From contig NC_083294.1 in the NCBI RefSeq assembly GCF_963506605.1, positions 35,960,001 to 36,024,000 of the forward strand: a stretch of DNA of 64,000 nt. The letters are read 5' to 3'. How positions within the stretch are numbered: position 1 is the stretch's first letter; each line of letters begins with the position of its first letter. Both the position numbers and the translations under genes were made by a program. Source of the DNA: Zootoca vivipara. Its lineage: Eukaryota. Under the pieces are notes generated by a model. That model had not been told where the DNA came from and searched no databases. It was given only the letters and a program-made list of their open reading frames with translations. Shown here piece after piece: positions 11,120 through 22,001 of the stretch.

Positions 11120-12320
11120 AGAAGATGCTGTGTTTGATGCTGCTGGGTGCTGCTTTGTCAACAGGCTCCGAATAATGAACATGCTGGTCCTGCAGAACAC
11201 TGCAAAGATCAGGATTCAACCTTCCACTCACCACTGTGGAGCAGAGAGCTTAATCCTGTTGGGCACTGCTTTACTAGCACATTTCCTGCAAGGAACATGC
11301 TGGCAAAACAGACATGGCAGGGGCTGACTTCCTCCCCCACCTGCTGCTGCCTAACTACCCTGCCTTTTGACAGCCCCAGATTGTTCCATGTGGACCAAGC
11401 TGGCCCAGGATGATCCAGAGATGTTATAACCCATCCTGCTGAATCCCAGGGTAATCTGAATTGACGCAATTCAGTTTGTTACCTGGGATTTGGCCAGATC
11501 TGGTGCGCAGTGCTATCAAAAACACCCAGCAAATAGAATAGCAGCATAGTAGGAACCAGGTTAGTCTAGGCTTTTCATGGGAGTGGTTCTTTTGAGTTCT
11601 TCATTTGGGGAATTCCTCACCTGCAGTCTAAAATGGCAGAAACCACATTATGGCTTTAGAGATCTGCCATCTTGTTCAGCTGTATGTGCAGTCTGGGCTC
11701 CATTCCCATACCATTTTGTTATTTGCTATGACCAAGGAACTAAAGCTGAGACGGGACTAAGCAGACAGGACCAGACTTGATTCTCAATGACTGGTATCAC
11801 CAGGGGCAGACAGAACCTATTTAACCCTCCAGTTTCTCAAGGGCATGATTGCCAGAGCTGGCCAAAACATTTTTCTCGTTGAGATGATGGCCAATATGAC
11901 ACTTCTTCCCCATTCCATGCATGGAAGCTGACTGGACTGACATCTGGATCTTACTTCAGTCCTGACAGTGGGATAATGCCACACCTGAGGCAGTTGGCTA
12001 GTTAAGGGGGAGGGCCAAGACCAGCCATGTGGCATTCAGAGTTCTGCCCTCCAACAGAAGTGCACATCACTGCTACCTGCCCTCCAGCATCTGTGGCCTG
12101 AGGCCATTGCTTCACACTATCATAATAGTAGGGTCATGCCTGATGATTGTCATTCACACCTAAGAATGAAAGCAAAACACTGCATTTGGGAACAGCAGGT
12201 CAGTGAGAGCATTAATTACCTTGCATCCTGACCACAGAGATACATAACACCTTCTAAGGGGCCTTACATATACAAAAGCTCCCTTTTCAAAATACCCCCA
12301 CCTAACACCAAGAGAGTTAT

Positions 12321-13144
12321 CTGAGATAACCAAGAGAATTTGCTGCCTGGGCAAGATTCCTTATATTCTGGCTAAAAATCTGCCTCGACTCTGACAGAGA
12401 TCCCTTCTTTCAGGCAATGCTTTTGGACACCTTCCGCCCCCCAGGGCTGCAACACTTCAACAGGAAGGTACAGCAACTGGGGCTTTCAGTAGAACTCCTC
12501 CGCTCAATGTCCTTACAATCTGCCAAAGTCACAGTCATAACTAGGTTGTGGGACATTGAGAGGCAGGATCTTATAGCAGCAGCAGGCACAACATGTTCCC
12601 CCCTTCTTTTCCACCTCCCGTGGGCTCATGAAACAAAACCTAATTATCTTGACTTCCTACTGAACCCACAAGAAAGAAGGGCATTTTCGTTGGCCAGATT
12701 CAACGCAAATCCATCGAACCTCCTGTGGGGAAGATTCTTGGGCAGGGCGAAGGATGAGAGGATCTGTCTCTGTCATGATGCTCAGGTGGAAAGCCTTCTA
12801 CATATGGTTTTTCTTTGTAATCTTTACGTCGACCTTCGCCAACAATTCCTGGACCGGCTCTGCATCCCCAGAAGGAGACCAGAGCGGGAAATCTTACAAT
12901 TCCTTTTGCTGGGGAAGGACCAGGTCCTCACCAAGATGGTGGCTCAATAACTTAATTTACTACTTTCCCGTCGTTATACTCTGCAGTCATCTGAATTATT
13001 TGAAGCCCCATTGTCATGAAAGCGGATAGCGGATTATTCCCTTCTCTCTCTTAACACAGCGTTTGCCACAGTGACATTTTTAATCTGTTATTATTTTGTC
13101 TGGGAGTTTGTTTGATGCCAATAAAGGTTTTACTTACTTGAAAA
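12321..13144 (+). mobile_element. 5'-truncated non-LTR retrotransposon (RTE-X-like): ORF2 C-terminus plus 3' UTR
   Basis: ORF 12417..12950 contains RRAFSLARFN...GR...ERICLC...VESLLHMVFLCNLY..LR, a C-terminal CCHC zinc-finger region typical of LINE ORF2. AATAAA and a short TACT repeat at the 3' end. 11-bp TSD AAGAGAGTTAT (12310-12320, 13145-13155). Confidence 0.75.
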
Positions 13145-14119
13145 AAGAGAGTTATATTGCTAGGAAGATAACCACTGTGGTTCCCTTCCCTTACCAAGTC
13201 AAATTTTCTCTCCTTAGATCTTCCTGCCTTCCTATATTGCCAATAACATTTGCCAAGAAACAATCAGGAGTGCACTTGAAGCTTCCAGATGTTTCTTTCC
13301 TGCCTCATATTTACATGCCCCACATATGACATCAATTGTGAGGCAGGTAGGTGTGCTTTGAGAGAAATGGTTGCACGCTGGAGATTCCCCACTGCTGCTA
13401 CTGCCTTTCAGAGGAATATTCTAGAAATGGAAACCAATGAATAAATAAAATTAATGTTGATGTTTGGTGTAAGGCACCTGCACAGACTATCTTGGAACAG
13501 TCCTGAAAATCTTCCGTCTCTCTCTCCCCAGTGCTCTCCAAGCATAGTAAATATTTAGCTGGTGATGAAAGCCAGAGTACAATTTAAGCAAAAGTGTTGT
13601 CCCAAATATATGCAAATGCCCAGGCGAACAACTCTGTTGGCTCATCTTGTGGCATGGTTGTATCCAGAAGTCAAATGCCTGCCACTAGCCAGGTCCCCGG
13701 TGAGCCGCTTTATACACTTCTAATTAAAAATAATCCCACCCTCCCCAAAATGTTGTCCCCAGCCCCATTTCAATGCCTTTTCATGCCAGCTGAGTCCAGC
13801 TATCAAGAGAGTTTTGAGAGCAGATGATGGCAATGAGATCTTGTTCTCTCTCAGACAGCAAAGCCCACACCTAAGTCTAATTAACCACTTACAATCATGG
13901 CTTTATGGAGCACATATCTGTAGTTTACATGCATAGAAGAATTCCCACCCTTCGTTGAAGGTTAAGTCATCAGAACCTCCCAGGGGTCTTGTCTCGCCTA
14001 CTTTTAATTGCTAAATATACTCTGGGTACAGTGCAGAGCTGACAAAGAAAAGTTTTGTTTTTTGTTATACTTGGTACCGACTCCAGTTTTGCTTTTTTTA
14101 GTTTGCATTTAGGTAGGGA

Positions 14120-15125
14120 CAGAGGAAACTACCTTATACTGAGTCAGAACTTTGGTCCATCCAGCTCAGTTTTGTGTTGTTGTTGTTGTTTAGTCGTTCA
14201 GTTGTGCCCAACTCTTCGTGACCCCATGGACCGTAGCACGCCAGGCACTCCTGTCTTCCACTGCCTCCCGCAGTTTGGTCAAACTCATGTTCATAGCTTC
14301 GAGAACACTGTCCAACCATCTCATCCTCTGTCTTCCCCTTCTCCTAGTGCCCTCAATCTTTCCCAACATCAGGGTCTTTTCCAGGGAGTCTTCTCTTCTC
14401 ATGAGGTGGCCAAAGTATTGGAGCCTCAGCTTCACGATCTGTCCTTCCAGTGAGCACTCAGGGCTGATTTCCTTAAGAATGGATAGGTTTGATCTTCTTG
14501 CAGTCCATGGGACTCTCAAGAGTCTCCTTCAGCACCATAGTTCAGAAGCATCAATTCTTTGGCGATCAGCCTTCATTATGGTCCAGCTCTCACTTCCATG
14601 CATCACTACTGGGAAAACCATAGCTTTAACTATACGGACCTTTGTCGGCAAGGTGATGTCTCTGCTTTTTAAGATGCTGTCTAGGTTTGTCATTGCTTTT
14701 CTCCCAAGAAGCAGACGTCTTTTAATTTTGTGACTGCTGTCACCATCTGCAATGATCAAGGAGCCCAAGAAAGTAAAATCTCTCACTGCCTTCATGGATC
14801 AATGCCTTGTCGTGGCGAAGGGGCTTGAATAACTCAGAGAAGCTATGAGCTATGCCATGCAGGGCCACCCAAGATGGACAGGTCATAGTGGAGAGTTTTG
14901 ACTAAACGTGATCCACCTGGAGAAGGAGCTGGCAAGCCACTCCAGTATCCCTGCCAAGAAAACTCCATGGACAAAGACAACAGTTTTGTGTATACTGACT
15001 GATAGTGCCTTTTCAAGATTTCAGAAAGAGAAATCTCCAAACCATTCCTGGAGATGCCAGGGATTGAAGCTAGGGTCTTCTGAATGGAACACTATGTCTG
15101 CTAGATTAGCTGAACTATGGCTCCC
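14120..15125 (-). mobile_element. Squam2-like tRNA-derived SINE split by a Bov-B insertion (pieces ~14120-14177 and 14992-15125)
   Basis: The 3' part CCTTATACTGAGTCAG...GGTCCATCCAGCTCAGT lies left of Bov-B. The body and head CTGGAGATGCCAGGGATTGAAGC...GCTGAACTATGGCTCCCC lie to the right. The pieces are collinear across the TSD. Confidence 0.75.
14178..14980 (-). mobile_element. Bov-B (RTE) LINE, internally deleted, with an inverted 5' segment
   Basis: 14795->14178 encodes the Bov-B RT C-terminus (ORFs 14529..14795 and 14190..14519: RRLLLGRKAMTNLDSILKSRDITLPTKV; LRLQYFGHLMRREDSLEKTLMLGKIEG) and ends in a (CAA)n tail. 14796-14980 is Bov-B 5'-region sequence on the opposite strand. 11-bp TSD CAGTTTTGTGT (14167-14177, 14981-14991). 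Confidence 0.92.
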
Positions 15126-16802
15126 CCCCCCATTTCCCCTTCCATCCTGATGAAAAGGGCAAGGAAGCTCTGGCACGTTCTTATTCTTTCTTTTGTTCAC
15201 AGTCTCCCTTAGAGCTAAAGCAGGAGGGGAGACTAATGGGTAGTAGTGGCAAAGGGGGCATCAGCAAGGCCAGGTAGCCACCATGATCTGCAGAAGATCT
15301 TCTACCTAGATGTGAGCTAATACAGTTCACATATTTCAGAAAGTTCAAATTAGGGAGGTTTTATCTCCCAGAATAATTTCTTTGAAATTTCCCCAGAATT
15401 GAAACGGAACAGAAATGTAGGAAGTAGGAAGACATGGTGTATTATTCACAAGAATATACCTAGCTGGTATATTTTGAACCAGTAAGCCTTTGTAGAAATT
15501 GAACACTAGCAGAGCCATAGTAAGTATCATGTTTGCAATAAGATTCTGATGGGAGTTGTTGCATCCTACAAAGGCAATACTGGGATGAAAGAGTTGTAGG
15601 TCCTTAAGGTACAAGAGGGGGTTGGCTGAGGGCAGATGGAGGCTGGTGCAGCAGGGTACCATTCAGGCTAAAGGACCAACCCCCCCCCCCAGTGGCTGGG
15701 AGCTGGGCATGCAAAGCTTGAGTACTGCAACAAATCAAACCATTTGGGGAGTGGGGTGGGTGAGAAAACGTGACAATCGACAACATCAGATTGCCAGAAT
15801 GTAGGTGAGCTTTCATAGTTTTTTTCCATCAGCTTGGCCAGGCCAGAACCTGAGCTTGTTCTACAAGGTGAGGCCACCCTCTTTGACTATGGAGAAGGTG
15901 TTGCCTTTTGCCTTATTTCATTTTGAGTGTCACAGTTTTCTAATTTGAGATGCCCACCAGTCAAACAGAACTAAATCAAAAGATGCCAGATTCATTTTAA
16001 TGAGTTCACCGAAAGCCTGCAGGTGAAAAAAAATTCTCAGGAAATGTTAACAAGAATATGCTCAGACCAAAAGAGAGAGAGAAAAAAACTTGTGTAACTT
16101 CAATAAAGAAATGTTAGCAACATGCCCTCAGAGGAGCCACAGCAGCTTCTCATAAGATTTATGCTATCACACTGCCAGAGTGTGAACATGGTGCACTAGA
16201 TTTTTGTGGCTGTTGACAGTTTAAACGGCACTTTCAGGTGAAAATATCTACCTGTGTGAATGATATGGCCTTAGGACTCTAATGAGGAATGCCACCAGCA
16301 CCTGTAAGAGCTTAAGGGTTGGGAGGATGGGGAGCTGTTCCGAATGTGTTGAGTTGTGGTCGCTTGTTTGATTTTGTGCCCAACGTTCAGCATGTTTATG
16401 AAGCAACTGAGGTCTGGCATGCATTACTGTCAGCCTTCCGAAGTGCAGAAACATGTGGTCTGATGTCTGGGTTGTGATCACAAGGAGGAAAACAGCAATC
16501 CATATGCTGCAGGGCAATGTCGGAACCATGTTGAAGTGAACAAAATGAGAGAGAATGCTAGACACTGGGAGTCTGAAGGATTTTAGGCTGGTGTGGGAAG
16601 GTTTCATCATCAAAATATGCAGCCAGTTGGTCACAGTGGGTCTTTGCTCCAGAGGCCCCTGCACCACAGTGGAAGTCAATAACCTGTGGACAGTATGGAA
16701 CACAGGAATCTTCCCACTTACACAGCGGTTACTTTCTGGATACTATGTGTATACGTGAAATCATGTATCTTGGGGAACACCATCTGAAAAGCCTGTTAAC
16801 AG

Positions 16803-16897
16803 AGTTTTTAATATTCGATTGGGAGCCGCCCAGAGTGGCTGGGGAAACCCAGCCAGATGGGTGGAGTATAAATATTATTATTATTAATAATAATATT
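16803..16897 (+). mobile_element. L2 LINE extreme 3' tail
   Basis: GCCGCCCAGAGTGGCTGGGGAAACCCAGCCAGATGGG...TATAAATA(TTA)n, near-identical to the tail that follows the L2 ORF2 at 58630-58762. Confidence 0.8.
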
Positions 16898-17502
16898 TAA
16901 CACCTTCTAAACCTCTGGGAAACCCTTGAAAAGCACTGGCATGAATGGTGGCAATGGTCTCTCTCTCAGTGTTTCCTCATTGCTGTGAAAACAGTGACAA
17001 GGGGGGGGTAGACTTCTACCCCAAGGTACCTGGCTGTGTTTCAGTGGAAGACTGATACCCTGACGTTCTTGGCTGTGGGTCAGATTCACTTGCTGCTATT
17101 GCTGGTGACTTGTAGAGGAAGCTGGCAATGTTCTCTCTTCAGTTGTCCAAACATCTTCTACGGCTGCACACTGTCTGCAATATCACATTTAATCTTCAGG
17201 TTATGTTCCATGGAGGGGTCATAGTACACACTGTTTGTGTGTGTCAAAGAGTTCAGAAGAGCTCTTCAGGATCCAGGTGGGTCAGTCATCCTGCTCACCA
17301 TCATATTTTCTTCCCTGATTTCAGAGCTGGAACTTGATCTCACCAGTTCCTCCAGCTCTTCCAGACCCAAGGCCCATTGCCTGTTAATAAGTTATTCTAC
17401 CTCCTACTGGATAAGGTCAACAAAGCCATCACCATCAACTTGCCTCACCATCTGCACAAAGTTCTCCGCCCCAGTGGCAATGCCTGGAAATTCCTTGAAA
17501 TT

Positions 17503-17977
17503 AAAATGAAGCTGCATTTTAATTTTAATTTTAATGTTTATTTAATTCTGTTCTTACGTTGTACAGTGGAACCTCGGTTTATGAACACCTCGGTTTACGA
17601 ATTTTCGGTTTACGAACGCCGCAGACCGATCTGGAACGGATTAATTCACTTTCCATTACTTTCAATGGGAAAGTTCACTTCAGTTTATGAACACTTCAGT
17701 TTATGAACAGACTTCCGGAACCAATTACACCCATGCTTCGGGTTAAGTACGCTTCAGGTTGAGTACTCCGCGGACCCGTCTGGAACGGATTAATCTACTT
17801 TCCATTACTTTCAATGGGAAAGTTCGCTTCAGTTTATGAACACTTCAGTTTATGAACAGACTTCCGGAACCAATTGTGTTCATAAACCGAGGTACCACTG
17901 TAATTCAATCAGCTGTTTTATATCCAGTGTTAGCCGCCCTAAGCCCGGCCTTGTCTGGGGAGGGCAGGGTATAAATA

Positions 17978-18009
<32 letters not shown>
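17503..18009 (+). mobile_element. L2-type LINE 3' UTR/tail inserted in the Tigger fossil, itself interrupted by a MITE
   Basis: AT-rich UTR followed by GTTAGCCGCCCTAAGCCCGG...GGGAGGGCAGGGTATAAATA(TTA)n. Flanked by TTGAAATT at 17495-17502 and 18010-18017. Confidence 0.7.
17564..17900. mobile_element. Tc1/mariner (Tigger-like) MITE
   Basis: 25-bp TIR CAGTGG(A/T)ACCTCGGTTTATGAACAC, matching 24/25. TA TSD at 17562-17563 and 17901-17902. Internal ~105-bp direct duplication. Confidence 0.92.
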
Positions 18010-18011
<2 letters not shown>

Positions 18012-18718
18012 GAAATTGTGAGTGCATACCTTCCAAAGGCTGCACTAGCATGCATTCAGAATTTCAGGCTTGATTGAATCCACTGCCTGCTTGACATAAT
18101 TGATGCAGTTGGCAATGTTGAAGGACTTCAAGAATGCCATGCGGTCAAGATTCAGATCAGCATCCATAGCATCGATCAGTGAGGCAAAGATGAGCTTGGT
18201 GTAATGAGCCTTGAAGCAGCAAATCACCCTGGATTTGCTGGATGAGTAAGGTGGTATGAAGTAGGAGGGGAAAAAAGGCAACCATGACATCATTGTGTGC
18301 AACTTGCAGTCCCTGCGGATAACATTGTCCACCACTAGCAGCAGTTTGAACTCCAGCCCCTTCTTCTGCAGGTAAGTGCATCACCACCAAAATGAAGCAC
18401 TTGTGGAACCAGTCCAGAAAGGTTGCCGCAGTCACCCATGTCCTCTTGTTGGATTGCCAAAAGACAAGCAGCAGGTTCTTGTTTTTTGCCTTTGAGGGGG
18501 TTTTCAGAGCTGTATGCCTGGTTTGATCAAATGCCCAGTCACATTACCACAGAGCTGCACAGTCACCCAATCCTTTGCAGCTTTAAATCCAGGAGTGCTT
18601 TAGTCTTTTTCTGGCTTGTTTCATAGTCTGGAGCTCTTCCGAATACTAAAGGAGCCACTGGAGAGATGCTTAGGAGTGATCATGTCAACTGCCTGTTTGA
18701 TTTCACTGTTCCATACTG

Positions 18719-19047
18719 CATACCCTCCAACATTTCTCCGATGAAAAGAGGGATGTCCCACTCCATAATGATGAATTTACTATTTGTACCTCAGACACCT
18801 GACTGGGTTGCCCCAGTCACTCTGGACAGATTCCAGCATGTCATAAGAAAACATTAAACATTAAAACAAAAACCTTCCCTATACAGGATTGCATTTAGAC
18901 AGCTCAGGGGTCAGATAACTCCATACCTTCCAACACTTCTCCAATGAAAATAAGGAAAAGCGGGACATTCCAGGATCAAATGAGAAACCAGGACGGCTTC
19001 TCCAAATCAGGGACGTCCCTGGAAAATAGGAACATTTGGAGGGTCTG
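18719..19047. mobile_element. Composite hAT-like MITE with a duplicated left end and an enclosed L2 tail
   Basis: CATACCCTCCAACATTTCTCCGATGAAAA at 18719 is repeated imperfectly at 18922. The right end TTTGGAGGGTCTG is the inverted terminus. An antisense L2 tail lies between the two left ends. TSD not convincing. Confidence 0.65.
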
Positions 19048-20049
19048 CATATTATATCTTAAAATAAAATAAAATAAGCCCACTCCCCTTTCTCCGCTGT
19101 CAGAGTTTTGAAAGGGGCCGTGGCAAAAGAGGGCATGTCTTAATTGTGGGGTTATAGCCAGCCTAAAATGCTTTGATCAGCTCTCTCTAAATGAAAATTC
19201 TGAATCTTCATTTTTGCCTCTATCTGGGGAAGGGGAGGAATGAGGAAGGCAGCCCAGCCCTCTATGCCATTCAGACTCTCTGCATATCAAATGCATTTTC
19301 TCCCATATAAAGATAAAATGAAATGTTGGTTTATGAAGCTGTGAATGTCTGCCCATTTCTGGCACTTAAAATGCTTCATGCACGCACATATAATCAGGCA
19401 AGCACTGAAATTATAAACAGATTGCAAGCCTCCCCTATGCTTATGTGTTATCATAGATATATTTTAAAAATCCTACTTTCTCTTTAGTTTGGACTTTTTT
19501 CTTTCTTTCTTTTGCTACATTCCCTTACTTAATAAAATTAAGTGTCCTAAAAGTGACAATAATAAGATGATAAATTTATGGCATTCTTCCACACCCTCCT
19601 CAATAATACTCAGCACTGATTCTTGCTTGTTTGGTGCATTTTTGTTTCGACACTTTCAAGACATAATAATTATGACAACGAACATGGCTGAACTAGAATT
19701 AAATCCATTACCCTCCAAAAATTCATTTTCCCCTTGAAGCCCGTGCTTGAATCTCCCTCCCCAGTCTGAAACTGCATTTTCTCACCTTCATATTTGGTTC
19801 TCTTCATTAGAACCTCTAGCTGAACCTCTTTTGGTAGGGAGTTTCACAGGGCAGGTCCTGCCATACTAAAGATAGTCCCTGGTATAAAGGTCAACTGAAA
19901 CTGCCATGGTCCATGAACTATTTCAGCTGGTGTACCAGCCAGAGGTGGTAGAAAGCACTCCTGGACCAAATGCAACTCCATCCCATTCCCACTTCCTTCA
20001 AAAGTGAGAGGAATGAGTGTTATGCAGTGCCTGTACCTGAATAATGTAT

Positions 20050-20150
20050 AATAAAAAAAATTCCTTCAGTAGCACCTTAAAGACCAACTAAGTTTATATT
20101 TTGGTATGAGCTTTCGTGTGCATGCACACTTCTTCAGATACACAGAATAA
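20050..20150. mobile_element. Penelope-like element (PLE) pseudo-LTR fragment
   Basis: GTAGCACCTTAAAGACCAACTAAG...GGTATGAGCTTTCGTGTGCATGCACACTTCTTCAGATAC is typical of reptile PLE termini. 12-bp flanking duplication TGAATAATGTAT (20038-20049, 20151-20162). Confidence 0.75.
20104..20141 (-). ncRNA. Minimal type I hammerhead ribozyme motif (PLE-associated)
   Basis: The minus strand reads GUAU-CUGAAGA-A-GUGUGCAUGCACAC-GAAA-GC-UC-AUAC. It has stem I GUAU/AUAC, a CUGANGA core, a palindromic stem II, GAAA, a palindromic AGCU stem III and a UC cleavage site. Confidence 0.8.
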
Positions 20151-20984
20151 TGAATAATGTATGTTTCTGTAGCCTCTCCTGTTCCTAACTTCATGGAGAG
20201 ACTATTTCTGCCCCAAGTTGTACCCAAGTGATATGGATAGAGAGCCCATAACGCAAGGAACTCAGCAAATACTACGGCAATCCCTCTCTCTGTGTGTTCA
20301 TCCTATAATCAAGTGAAGAGGGCACTAATAGCTCGTCCTTTAATGACTACCAGATCCAACTAATCAACATTCCCTAGTTTTCTTCTTTTAATAGAAAAAG
20401 TTGGACCTTTAAAATTTTATAAGGCCATCATTCTTTATAGTGCCGTTGCAGTTTGTGCTAATTACCCCGAGCTTGATATTATACTATTTGCATCCTGAAT
20501 ATAAGTCCAAACACAGTTTGAGACCCTACTAATGACTTTTTGCAGATTAACAATTGATAGCTAAGTAATTTATTAGAGGGTTCATACGGTGTATCTTTCT
20601 AGTATGCTATGAAATATGTAAATAGGGTGAAAATGATGAGATAAGTGACCATTTTAGCACTCAAAGATAAATGCCAATGCAAGCCACGCACAGAACACCA
20701 CCAGAAGCACAAAGCCACCAAATGAAAGTCAACAATTATCATCTTCAGAATCGTCGTTTGGCAGGAACCTTTGGGAACAAAACAGCCCATGATTATGAAT
20801 ACTGTGTGCGTACAGGGCAACCAACATATTGCAATGGGAAATGATGTTGATTAAATCCATTTCAGTACTTTCTCTCCTTTTGGGGAGGATATATAAAATA
20901 ATGTCCCAGGTGGTGCCACTTGCCTTATCCAAATCTGACCACCCATAACGCTGGTAATATCTAGACAAGTCTTCCTGAGGTGGT

Positions 20985-21085
20985 GACCTACCGAGCTAGA
21001 TGTTTTGGACTACAACTTCCATCAGTCCTGACCATTGGCCATGCTGGTTAGGGCTGGTGGGAGCTGGAGTGCAACAGCAACTGCA
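20985..21085. mobile_element. Hairpin hAT-like MITE (URR1/MER5-like lizard family)
   Basis: GATGTTTTGGACTACAACTTCCATCA...TGGTGGGAGCTGGAGTGCAACAGCA has self-complementary arms. Confidence 0.6.
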
Positions 21086-21299
21086 GTAATCAGTGCATGC
21101 ACTAGGGCCAGGACGGTGTCAGCCAAATGAGGAAACAGGGACTAGTGACACCTGTTATTTCCTACTGGTAGTTATTCCCACAAGGCAAGGGTTACTTGTA
21201 GGTTCATGCTCATTGCTGATCCATGTTTACATTAATAAAGCTGTGATCATTATGCTCTAAGCTGTGGTCTGGGTTTTGTTCCCTTTGCAGGGCAACGTC

Positions 21300-21422
21300 T
21301 GCACTGACTGGTGGCAGCTCTCCAGTGTTTCAGACAGGGAGTCCTGCCACCCTACTTGGGATTGAACCTGAAACCTTTTTCATGCACGGCCGATGCACTA
21401 CCTCTGAGTTGTGACCCTTCCT
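21300..21422 (-). mobile_element. Squam2-like tRNA-derived SINE, degraded
   Basis: CACTGACTGGTGGCAGCTCTCCAG...GGGATTGAACCTG...ATGCACTACCTCTGAG carries reverse A and B boxes. Confidence 0.65.
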
Positions 21423-21917
21423 CTGAGACATCGCACTGTTTGTTTGCTTATTGATTTTCCTACCACAGACTAAACCGAACCTGAAAGGGGGGAAAAGAGT
21501 GAGGGAAATGTAAAGGTTGGTAAACGTTATGGCATGCTCTCTTTTATTAAACTTCCACTAGATTGAATTCATGTTTTGACAGTGAAGTGACATGGGTGAG
21601 ATCTCTGTGATGTTCTATGTGGCTTGTGGCTGTAAATAAATTCCTTTGGCAGGTTTATATCTTCATTAAATATTCATGTGAGAAGCTCCCGCCTGCTATT
21701 CCCTGCCTGCTTTTGCATGACATTGATGTAGGTTGGAATTTTTTGCCAGTTAGGGTACATTGTACTGATTTCAAGAATCCTGTTATGTTAAAAGTTAAAG
21801 CCACTGGTGGGTGTGCATGTGGTGATGGAGATGGAGATGAGCATGTTTGAGTTTAGCAACTTGTACACATCCCTAAATGAATGATTAAAAATGCTGTTGA
21901 TGCAGAAGCTCTCACTG

Positions 21918-22001
21918 AGAACCAGTGTGGTGTAGTGGTTAGAACAGTGGACTCATAATCTGGTGAACTGGGTTCAATTCCCCGCTCCTCCACATGCAGC
22001 T
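21918..22001 (+). mobile_element. Squam3-like CORE SINE, tRNA-like head only
   Basis: GAGAACCAGTGTGGTGTAGTGGTTAGA...GGGTTCAATTCCCCGCTCCTCCACATGCAGCT matches the head of the full copy at 47720-47977. Confidence 0.75.

Larger units (their letters stand above)
17120..18615 (-). pseudogene. Degraded Tigger/pogo (TIGD1-like) DDE transposase, interrupted by nested insertions
   Basis: Minus-strand peptides in correct order: TPGFKAAKDWVTVQLCGNVTGHLIKPG; KGKNKNLLLVFWQSNKRTWVTAATFLDWFHKCFI; VICCFKAHYTKLIFASLIDAMDAD...SFNIANCINYVKQAVDSIKPEILNAC; NFKEFPG...MVRQVDGDGFVD; YDPSMEHNLKIKCDIADSVQP. Multiple stops and frameshifts. Confidence 0.85.

Noticed and set aside
14218-14733. 171-aa plus-strand ORF (and 39491..39859 on the minus strand)
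   Set aside because: It is the antisense frame of the Bov-B RT, not an independent gene.
16248-16703. 151-aa minus-strand ORF
   Set aside because: It shows only faint similarity to a decayed L2 ORF2 at its start, not enough to call a gene or set boundaries.
17620-17880. Spaced direct repeats superficially like a CRISPR array
   Set aside because: The context is eukaryotic, the repeats lie within TA-flanked TIRs, and there are no unique spacers or cas genes.
20729-20968. 79-aa minus-strand ORF that looks exon-like
   Set aside because: No recognisable homology or convincing splice-site pair. It cannot be supported without RNA-seq or a homology search.
21918-22001. tRNA-like sequence (also at 2195, 51160 and the head of 34686-35041)
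   Set aside because: A and B boxes are present, but there is no complete cloverleaf and each matches a SINE head. These are not tRNA genes.
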